NCBI GenBank assembly: GCA_951406725.2
Contig: OX597816.1
Location: forward strand, 22,072,001-22,136,000
From: Octopus vulgaris
Taxonomy: Eukaryota
Direction of reading: 5' to 3'
Length of the DNA stretch: 64,000 nt
Shown here piece by piece: positions 53,253 to 64,000 of this stretch. Every line of letters starts with the position of its first letter. Position 1 is the first letter of the stretch. The translations under genes were made by a program, and so were the position numbers. The notes below the pieces were generated by a model. It made no database searches, was not told the origin of the DNA, and was given only the letters and a program-made list of their open reading frames with translations.

Positions 53253-53309
<57 letters not shown>

Positions 53310-53316
53310 ATATATA

Positions 53317-53520
53317 GTTAATTCAAACAAGAAAGCACAAAAAAACACAACAACGCGAGGACGTGGAGCAAATATAGTATTATTGGACGCTCAAGAAATG
53401 AGGAAAGAAGGAGGGTATAACGTTTCGAGCGGAGCTCTTCATCGGAAACATAGGAGAAGGAAAGATCCAGAGAAAGGAAGACAGAGGAAAAAAATCGCCA
53501 ACGGTACACACGAGGTCACA
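53317..53520 (-). mobile_element. Same ~200-bp hammerhead-like element (copy 3)
   Basis: Near-identical to 18465-18668; core CCGAUGA A GAGC UCC GCUC GAA ACGU U; abuts (TA)n. Confidence 0.8.
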
Positions 53521-53866
53521 TGAAAGTACATCTCCGTGTATATATATATATATATATATATATGTATTTACTTAGACATATATATATACTCATATATATA
53601 TAATTATTTTCTTTTATCCTCCTACTGGTTTCCGCCACAGGTTTGTGTCATGCTGGAGTACCACCTTTCGGTGTATTTTGGGTCTCCTTTCAGTAGCGTA
53701 TTTGCGAAGAAGTGAGTTGGACGAAGCTTCTGTTCTTTGTGCCTCCTGCCGTGATGTGGGCTCATCTAGCAGTTCATATAGAAATTTTTCCGGGTGGCAT
53801 TTGAACGTTTCAACATCTACAGCTTGCAGATTTATTTGGTTCTTAAGTATGTGTATATAAATATAT

Positions 53867-54308
53867 GGTACCTTTTCGGTTATCTCACCCCCATTAAAAA
53901 TTGCCATTTAAAAACTGGGTTATCTCCCCACTAATGAATTGAGTTTATGTAGCGACAAGAGATTGTATTAACAAAGATCCTTTTGATTCAATATTACAAC
54001 ACACTTTTGGTGCTTGGCCTCCTAAGTAGGCATAGTACGATTTGGTAAAAAACTGTTCTCAGATTCAGTAAGATGTTTAATTTTTTCAGTTTTCATGGTT
54101 ATTAATATTTTCAGGTTTGTATGCTTTGTAATAAAAATTATTATCAGATTCAATACGATGTTACATCGTTTCACTTTTTTCTGTTTTATTAAGAGTTAAA
54201 CATTTTTTTTTTTTAGTTGAGGAAAATAAGCAAAAGTACCGATATTTCTCATAAAGCGTGGGGAGATAACCCGATATTTTATTGATGGTGAGATGACCCA
54301 AAATTACC
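53867..54308. mobile_element. MITE with ~60-bp TIRs and 8-bp TSD, Merlin-like
   Basis: ggta..ttt.ggt.atctcacc...gggttatctccccac is inverted at both ends; flanks aaatatat / aaacatat (7/8 match); GG termini. Confidence 0.65.
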
Positions 54309-54383
54309 AAACATATTTTACATGGACACGCATGCACATATAATCATGCGCACGCGCCGCGTGTTTCTTTATGTTTCTCTCTC

Positions 54384-54478
<95 letters not shown>

Positions 54479-54830
54479 GTATATCAGAGGAATGAGCCAC
54501 GAGAAATAACTAATGTCTCCAGAATCATGATTTAGGTGAATAAAATCAAGCAAAGGTATTTAAAATAGTTTATAAATAAGAAATTGTTTTTTTCGTTTTC
54601 AGAGATGAGAGAGCAATCAATTGATGGCGTTTAGGAATGGATTCAATTGAAAAGTGTAGACTCATAAAAGCATCAAGAATTCTTGAAAATTGACATTCTA
54701 CTAAAGACGAGATTCCTTGATTGTTAAGAATTTGTTTCTCTGTTTGTCGTTGTCACCTAGACAATATATATGTTACACATTACAAAATTACGAGGTTCGG
54801 AAGTGACCGCGAAGTTTCGGCGAGCTAGCC

Positions 54831-54877
<47 letters not shown>

Positions 54878-54884
54878 TATACAT

Positions 54885-56412
54885 ACATATATAAAAGAGA
54901 GTTTGTATGTGTGTGTATGTGTGTATGTACGTATGTTCCTTATGCATTCCAAAACCGAGTTACCGATTTTGACATATGGTGTATCAAAAGATTCAGTACT
55001 ATTTCCTCTAACAACTAAATTTCATTTTCATTCACATATTTGCCGAATAAAATTTAACATTATAATTTTTTCTATTAGTCAACTATCGCAAACATTTTGT
55101 ACGACGACGACGACGATGACGTCACATTTTCTATATGAGCGTGTACCTTAAAAAACATCCATCATCATGACACGCACCTTCACTCACAAACTCTATCTTT
55201 TTCTCTCTTCTTTTTTCTCTCTCCCTTTCTCACACACACACGTTCATTTTATATACACGTACATACATCTATCACTTTCTCATATCCTTCAGTTTCTCCT
55301 CTCTCTCTCCCCATTTCACTTTCTCTTTTCTTTCAATTTCTGCTCTCTTCAAAGTAAGGATAAACAAATAACCTTTTACGGAATGAGTCAGAGAAACACA
55401 AAATGAGAAAAAGACAGAGAGACAAGATAAAGAAAAAGAGACGGAAAACAAGGTTTTTAAAGGACAAGATGAAAGACAGGGATAGCGAGTGAGAGAGAAA
55501 GGCTGATGTTTCATACCCTACGAATGTTCTATAGTTGAAATTTACAGAAAGCCGGCAGAACGTTGATACGGTATGTTTTAAAGGTCAAAATAAAAGAAAG
55601 CCGGTACAAACAGGGGGGAAAGCGGGAGAGAAGGAGAGGCTGAGAATCCCAGAAACGAGATCGGATCCCACATTTTCACTTTCGTCCCATGTTTCACGCG
55701 TGCGTAGCATTAGGCATTTTCTCTTTCTTTCAATTTCTCATTAAAATGTACGGAGACCTTAGGGTGTCAATATGTTACAACTTCACTACATTTCCTTCTT
55801 TAGGAATTAAGAAAAGTATACAAAAATAACTTCCTTGGGCACACACACACACAGAGTTAAAGTTCTGAATGAATTACGTTATTTTTTGCTGTGCGCTAAA
55901 TTACAGCTCAAATCCTATGGAAATTACAGTTTCTTATTCGGGTATTCTTGTTTGAGATGAGCGTATTTCAAATCCTGATCCTCCAGTGTAGATATTTAGT
56001 CTACCAACACTGGGCTTACGCAAAACATAGTTTACCCTTGTCGGCATCGCTTAACATTTGTTGAAGTGTGCAGTCTGCTCAAACATGACAAAGATGGAGC
56101 TTTTCACAATGAAGCAGCTTTCTTTCCATGTACAATAATTTCTGCAATACCGTTATCTCTACGTCTTCATACATCATCCAGTTCTTTACAACCGTAAGTC
56201 AAGGTCATTTTGGGGGCAATGTTAGGATTTCGTTCTAATCTAAGCTGCCATTCTACATGGATTTTGTGTCAACAATTCCCGCATTGTTCATCACAAAATT
56301 ACCGTAAAACATATTTATAAACCAGAGTTGTTTGCATCACACTCGTAGTGTGCCGATTAATACAATGTAACTACAGGCCATATAACCTGGCAACGCCGGG
56401 ATGCATTGGTAG
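54885..56412 (+). mobile_element. Probable older non-autonomous Helitron (5' limit uncertain)
   Basis: 5' tatataaaagagagtttgtatgtgtg head resembles the other Helitrons; 3' hairpin CCTGGCAACGCCGGG then GTAG|T. Confidence 0.45.
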
Positions 56413-56425
56413 TGTGTTTATATAT

Positions 56426-56810
56426 TACTCTTTACTCTTTTAATTGTTTCAGTCATTTGACTGCGGCCATGCTGAAGCACCGCCTTTAGTCGAGCAACTC
56501 GACCCCGGACTTATTCTTTGTAAACCCAGTACTTATTCTATCGGTCTCTTTTTGCCGAACCGCTAAGTGACGGGGACGTAAACACACCAGGGGGACAGAC
56601 ACAGACACACAAACACGCACACATATATATATATATATACATATATACGACAGGCTTCTTTCAGTTTCCGTCTACCAAATCCACTCACAAGGCTTGGTCG
56701 GCCCGAGGCTATAGTAGAAGACACTTGCCCAAGGTGCCACGCAGTGGGACTGAACCCGGAACCATGTGGTTGGTAGGCAAGCTACTTACCACACAGCCAC
56801 TCCTGCGCCT
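56426..56810 (-). mobile_element. SINE family A, young full-length copy
   Basis: Reverse-complement match to family A. Confidence 0.8.
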
Positions 56811-56882
56811 ATATATATATATATACAAAATATTTCAAGATTGAATAAAATGCAGTGGAAAATATGATATACCTGTATATAC

Positions 56883-56941
<59 letters not shown>

Positions 56942-57116
56942 TATATACTGAACAAACGAAGGAAAGTAGCATTCGATAGATTTATTTGAAATAATATGTT
57001 GTTAATATTCAATTAATTTGCTGTGAAATATCGAGGCATGCGAGTATACAGTGTAGTATAGTTTTTGTCTTAGTGTAATCTACTAAATACATAAGTGATT
57101 CTATGTACATCTAAAC

Positions 57117-57180
<64 letters not shown>

Positions 57181-58217
57181 ACATTACATATCTATGTGTG
57201 TAGTTATATATGTATGTGGGCGAGAGTGTGTAGGTTTGTATAAATGTACGTGGTCTGTGGCAGTATGTCCATCTTAATATGAGAAAACATGCGACTTTGT
57301 ATCTTTAATTTCGTAGCCGCAGGTTAAAGCAAATATTTATGTCAGTAGGTCGCAAATATTTCTAAAATGTTATGAGATTAAACATATTTAGTTAGATTGT
57401 GGAAAATGATAATAATATTTTCACAGTAGATTTAACAGTTCTTGCTAAGTAGCGTAATACTTTAATAGTCTTACTTTGTTTGCTACAAAGATTTGCTGAC
57501 GGGGATGGTAGATTGAAGAGTATATCAATAAATCACTAATTTCTGATTTGACCATTACTGTGTGATTCTTGTCCACATATATGTTCATATTTATTTTCAG
57601 CCGACAGACTGGATAATATTCCGTACAACGAGAAGTGTCAGCGGTTGTTATCCATTTACTACCACAATTTTGTTTCTATGCACAAGACACGGCATTCACG
57701 TTCTCCTAATTTAGTCAGCAGTCTATAAGTACGAGATTTAAAGTGAATTGACACAAATAAAGAGATGGAATTTCTGTAAATGTGTGAAGTGTTTCGCGGG
57801 TGTTAAGAGCTGAGTTTGTTATTTTTCTAGGAAGAACTAGGAGAGCTACCCTCCTTTGTTAATTAAATTTTATCTTTCGGCAAATTGACGATGATGTACT
57901 CAACGGCTGTGCTACAGATTGTACGTGCAAAAACTTCTGGCTACAATGCTTTATGCCGGTCACACTTGCAAGCCTGGAATATGTTTCTCAGCAATAAAAG
58001 CTAAACAAAAGTAGAAACAAACAAAATGTATTCGAGCACCGTTCATCCTGTAATAATCATCCAAATAAACTGAGTTCTATTCGTATATTAAAATACTTTC
58101 CTCTGTATATAATGGGCTTCCTCGTCTTTTTTTCTATTTAGTTGCTCCACTAGCAGCATTACCATTCCACTCATACTTTGTGACCTAGAATAAACCCTTA
58201 TACTTACACACCTCTTT

Positions 58218-58474
58218 CGTCGTATATATGTATATGTATGTATATATGTGTATGTGTTTGTGTGTGTGTGTTTGTCCCCCTAGCATTGCTTGACAACCGA
58301 TGCTGGTATGTTTACGTCCGCGTCACTTAGCGGTTCGGCAAAAGAGACCGTTAGAATAAGTACTGGGCTTACAAGGAATAAGTCCCGGGGTCGATTTGCT
58401 CGACTCAAGGCGGTGCTCCAGCATGGCCGCAGTCAAATGACTGAAACAAGTAAAAGAGTAAAAGAGTAAAGAGT
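58218..58474 (+). mobile_element. SINE family A, 3' half
   Basis: Matches family A tail. Confidence 0.75.
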
Positions 58475-59212
58475 ATATATATACACACAAATTTGCGGAA
58501 GCAATATCCCTATAAGGGATTGTTAAAAGAACCCAGATGCCAAATGCATTTAACCAAATATTTTCTTGATAGGAAGTTCTCCAATATATATGTATAAACA
58601 GTCTCATAACTTATAAAGTCAATAATAGAAAATGGAGAAGGAAAAATATATAAACGATGCTTGGTTCATTTTACTTATATTACAATGGAAAAGTAATACA
58701 AATTAAAAGGTTAATCTGTAAGAACAAGTATAAATTGTACTGCATCAAGAAAACAACTCGAAAATATCCTGAAAATACTACATATGTTTCAGTAAGACAA
58801 TATATTTGAATCATCAATAATTGTAACGTTTATAGATGTAATAACTAATATATTGTCGGATATCGTCAGGAAAATAAGTATATATTCGGTCTTGAATTAC
58901 AAAATGACTTACTTGAGGACGATGATTAGGAATTTTCGAATGTAAACAACTTATTAGGACACCGAGTACATGTGATTAGAAATTTATTGTTTAAAATTGA
59001 GCTAATATTGAACGTTGAAATGCTGCTAAAACATCAAATTTATTTCAAAAATATTCTATCATATTTAAATCTAAATTTGAATGTATTTATAAAAGTTTAT
59101 GTGAGGGAGATGGTAGAAAGAAAGATGTAACTTATCATGTAATATACATAGAATTAGATTGGGAAGTGTATGCTTATATTATACTACTATAATTTTTTGA
59201 AGCACTACAAAG

Positions 59213-59282
<70 letters not shown>

Positions 59283-59286
<4 letters not shown>

Positions 59287-59462
59287 AAGTGGAATTGTGG
59301 GGTACCGCACGAGTGGAATTATATACGAAAGAAGGTTTGAAAATGCAATTTAAAATGTGTTTATTTACTTTACCGGTTTCACTCTTTGGAAAAAGATTGT
59401 CAAAAGTAACATGTGGAAGTTTGGTTGCGTTAATTATTGGTTGTTGCAAATTGCTACATTAC
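59283..59462 (-). mobile_element. Short (TA)n-inserted element carrying a U3-A8 hammerhead variant (59365-59409)
   Basis: Minus strand reads UUACUU UUGACAA UCUUU UUCC AAAGA GU GAA ACCGGU A AAGUAA: 6-bp stem I, palindromic stem III ACCGGU, GUA triplet. Flanked by (TA)n on both sides. Confidence 0.65.
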
Positions 59463-60338
59463 ATATATATATATAAAGTCTTTGGTAACAGGGACATGTT
59501 AAGGACATAAAAAAGTTCAACAAGTTCCTTAAAATATTGGGCACAAAAGATTACATAAATAATCGTTCTCAAGGACATACTTAAGATTGTTTCCAGAAGG
59601 AATTGATATTGGTACTGTATCTGTATATTCAAACATGCACAGAATATTGGTTGACACAGAGTACTATAATCCATATAAATATACAGTCTTTGGTGACAAC
59701 AGTATGTTGAGAATATAAAAAAGTTTAACAAGCTCATTGAAATAATGGGCAGAAAAGATTAAAACAAATATATTATACATCTCAGGGTAATTTCCAGGAG
59801 GAATTATTAAAAAAAGTTCAGTATACACATACAGAATATTATGAGTTCGAAAAGATTTACATTATTATAGTGGTGAAGTTAGAACTAACCTGTCCGTTTT
59901 AGGAGAAATGTGGAATTGAAAAGAATGTACCCTTTTTTTTCTTTTTTTCTTTTTTTTGGCTCTCCTTCAATCATCAATGATTTTGGGGTCAGAATGAGGT
60001 GAGTATGTGTGTCTTTGTGCGTATGTGTGTATGTATACATACATATGTGGTGTGAATAGATGTGTCTGTGTGTCTGTAATATTTGGTAGGAAGGTATCTG
60101 TTTGTCAAACGCGTGTGTGGCTGTCATGGTGTTGTGTGTGTGTGTGCGTCCCTGTGTGTGTGCATATACATTTATACATGTGTCTGTTCGCATGCGCGTC
60201 CATGTCTGTTGGGTGTACCTTACCCTGCGTGTGCTGGCACTGAGTATGTGCCCGTGTGTGTGCGTGCACACGGCGTGGGTGCACGCGTCCCTATGTGCGT
60301 GTATACATGCACACACGCGTCTACGCGTGTGTGCGGGC

Positions 60339-60436
<98 letters not shown>

Positions 60437-60863
60437 TGTATATAATTATATTTATAAAATTCATTGAAGCAATACGTGATGAATACACATAATTTAACAT
60501 GAAACGTGTACTCTATTCTACGATAATGTTTTCTAAAATTAGTATAGAGAAAAAATATAACATTGGTGTCATTTAGGATTAAATGGGTCAGGATATAATT
60601 TCCGGTGTTCTAAGAAAAAATATTTGGTGTTTTAGAATATTAGGTATATAAAAAATAACTATATAACACTCACATTAGAAATGCCAGTGTTACAGGATAA
60701 ATTCCCCAGATCAAAATTTGTGTAACTCGTAATCTCCCTATCTTTTAATATATAGTTAATCATTTCATTGTTTATTTTTAAAATGTAAAATAGCATGTTT
60801 CAGTATAGAAATATGTCTATAAGTTTCAGGGATAGAACAGATTTCAATACATACAATACATAC

Positions 60864-60932
60864 AAGAGATCAATCTATATCTTCTATTTATTTTACAATT
60901 TGCAATACTATCATCTTCTTAGCATATCTATA

Positions 60933-60983
<51 letters not shown>

Positions 60984-61041
60984 TAAGAAGATGATAGTAT
61001 TGCAAAGTGTAAAATACATAGAAGATATAGTTTGATCTCTT
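60864..61041. repeat. Inverted repeat (~59-bp arms) enclosing a (TA)n tract
   Basis: 60864-60922 vs 60983-61041 reverse complement, few mismatches. Confidence 0.85.
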
Positions 61042-61361
61042 AATCTTGTAATTATACTATTCAATAATTCCCCTTCACCCTTAGTATTCATCTATAATAC
61101 CTATTTCATTGTTAAATAGAATATACATTTATTTATGATTGAATAAACCCCAAATTTATATTTTTTCAAATAACCCCTATTTTTTCATGAATGCTGTATG
61201 TAATCTCTTAGATTATAAAATCTCATAATCCAGCATTAATGGCTGCTGATTCTTTTATTATATTTCAGCTGTTGCCAAGCGATAACGGGGATGGGGAGCC
61301 AAACACAGACACATAAACACATACCTGCATATATACACACACTCACACATGTAGACATATA

Positions 61362-61431
<70 letters not shown>

Positions 61432-61680
61432 AATACATATATACACACACGAACAATAAACAAGTATATTAGTTTAACGCTCGGGAAAATGAAAAAGTCC
61501 TTTAAGTTTCGAGACTACGCCCTACAACAGAAAGGAATGAGAGAAAATGAACAGAGAGAGAATGAAGAATGCCTTTATACTGCAGCGTTTTAGCATACCG
61601 CACAAACTGATCCCAATGTGTATTATTTATAAACCTAGATTTTATTCTATCGTCATGGCGAATACATATATATATGTATG

Positions 61681-61740
<60 letters not shown>

Positions 61741-61752
61741 TATGTATATACG

Positions 61753-61791
<39 letters not shown>

Positions 61792-61814
61792 ACATATATA
61801 TGTAGATGTATATA

Positions 61815-61882
<68 letters not shown>

Positions 61883-63888
61883 CATCCAAATTTCTGAGTA
61901 CCTCATTTCTTCTAATATAAAATACCTGTACATCTTCTCCAAACTTTCTAATATATATATTTATATAACGCGCTTCTTTCATTTTCCGCCATCGACCAAA
62001 TCCACTCACAATGCCATGCAGTGGACTGAACCCGGGAATCTGTGGTTGGGAAGCAAACTTCTAGCCACACATCCACTATATACACACATATATATATATC
62101 TATATGTGTGTGGGTGTTTGTGTGCGCGAGAGTGTGTGTACGTGTGTGTTACATATCACAACTGACAATACTACATGGAATATGCACATCTACCTCCTTG
62201 TAATACATGAGGGTATTTTAAGTAAAACATTTCAGTATATGAAACAGCTGTTATATTTTGAAATTTTATACCGATGACTCTATACTATAGTGACAATAAA
62301 CACATATCGTTGACTATAAAAGTATTTGTCCTTTTTATTTCATGCTATTAATATGATATTTGAAACGTAGGTTTAATTTTTATCTATCTAATATTTATAG
62401 TCATTTCAGTATTAAAATATCAGCCATTTTATATTAACGCGTCTGTCTATTTATAAAGCTTCATTAAATTTTAAGTACGCTGAACTTCATTTTTGCACAA
62501 ATGATGACGCTCAACCACGTCCGATTCAACTGATCTTTTAGCATCATATACAAAAGTTATTTGATGATTGTTCGGAGGTATTCTTTATATTTGTTCCTTG
62601 GTGTATACCATACTTACTATAAAATCTGTTACACTATCTTTATATTACTTTTTAACGTTGTTCTGTATAATTTCATTCCAATCCGAAATATCTTGAAGTC
62701 TTTCATTATGTAGCCATTATTCTATTGTATTCATTTTCACACAATTTCTTTTAGATTAATATATTCTGCTTTATATACCGTGTATTGAATTTTACAATTC
62801 CATTCTATTAACATTTACCTCTTTGCCCTCGATAATAAAATGGAGTTTACACACATAACTATTATGTATTTGACACAACCTTTCAAGTGACAATGTTACC
62901 TTAATAGATATACGATTTAATTCTGCCATTTTGATTTCAAAACTAACTATATTGGTTCCTTGCACGCTAATTTTGAGAAAGAATTCTATCGATCATGAAG
63001 AATTCTGCATTGTCAGATGTTTGCGCATGCATATTTGTGTATAGGTACGTTTGTAAATATTTAATTTTTAAAGACTATTGTTATTCGTATATTAGATACG
63101 TTACTACGCTAGAGGGTTATCATTTAATACATTTTAATAGATCTTAATATGTTTAAATATTTTTCTTCGCCTGAATTACAAACTGTAGATACTTGTGTTT
63201 CACCGCACTCACATTATATATAGGCGTGTATGTGTGTGTGTGTGTGTGTGTGGATAGGATGTAGTGTGTGTATGTATTCATAATTTGTTAAATGTTTTCT
63301 CGAAACCAATAAGCTTATTCCTTTCTGTACAAAGTTTACCTATACATGGCTTTTGTATTTTCATATATTTTCATATTGCCTCTAGAGGAAGAAACATTTT
63401 ATTTGAATATTAATGCCAGCAGCCAAAACAAATTCTTTAATTTAATATTGCTATTGTTTTGCCTACGTGGCAACAGGTATTGCATACACATTCTTTTTAT
63501 TGATTTAAATCAAACTTGTATAAGGCAGGGATGTATATTATCTGAGCATTTTGTTTTATTTATAATTCTTTGATAGTATACAGAATTTGCGTACAAATAT
63601 TAAAAGTCACTGTTGTACCAAATATATTATTTTGTTTCCTTAATGAGCTAAATATCTCCATCAAATACCAGCTCTTTCGATTTAAAATACTGTATTTTTG
63701 AAGAGTCGTAACTCAAATTAATACTTGCTAAAATGGCTAAATTTTCGCTTAGTAATAGAACAGATTTTTTTCCGATTTATCGATGGCAATCCTTATTAGC
63801 GAATGATAGGAGCGACTTTAACGTATCAGCTATAGTCGTAGCAGTAGTTTATGCCGTGAAATTACCTGATTTTCGTTAAGATTATGGA

Positions 63889-63955
63889 TAGGGTGTAGGG
63901 TAAGTATTAAGTTTTAGATTTAGTGGTTAGGGTTAGGGTTACAGTTAGGGGTAGA
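63889..63955 (+). repeat. Short degenerate TTAGGG-like repeats
   Basis: ggttagggttagggttacagttagggg. Confidence 0.5.
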
Positions 63956-64000
63956 GTCAGCCTGCACACAAAAGTGTAAATGACCACGTTAAAGTGGCAA

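Noticed and set aside
63889-63955. Interstitial telomere
   Set aside because: Only 2-3 exact TTAGGG units; more likely part of a repeat element cut by the window end.

Overview
AT-rich, microsatellite-dense eukaryotic DNA. The SINE families look like those of Octopus (recognised from memory, not searched). No host protein-coding gene can be supported, and almost all ORF-track entries are (TA)n/(CA)n/(TG)n read-throughs. The centrepiece is an apparently intact ~5.1-kb Penelope-like retroelement (PLE) of Naiad type at 47815-52891 (- strand). It has an uninterrupted RT + GIY-YIG ORF, a 3' pseudo-LTR carrying a type-I hammerhead ribozyme and an inverted partial pseudo-LTR at its 5' end, and it sits in a (TA)n tract. 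Four further, sequence-unrelated short non-coding families each carry a minimal hammerhead-like motif with a palindromic stem III. Their cores include canonical, U4C and compensatory U3-A8 variants. They occur as foldbacks or (TA)n insertions, and one is fused to a tRNA-like head. Together these suggest a diverse set of PLE-mobilised ribozyme elements. The window also holds many tRNA-derived SINEs, decayed mariner, rosa-like Tc1/mariner and hATm-like transposons, non-autonomous Helitrons, a Merlin-like MITE, CR1/RTE LINE ends, a second decayed Naiad fragment, and a ~1-kb tandem duplication with a templated patchwork junction.
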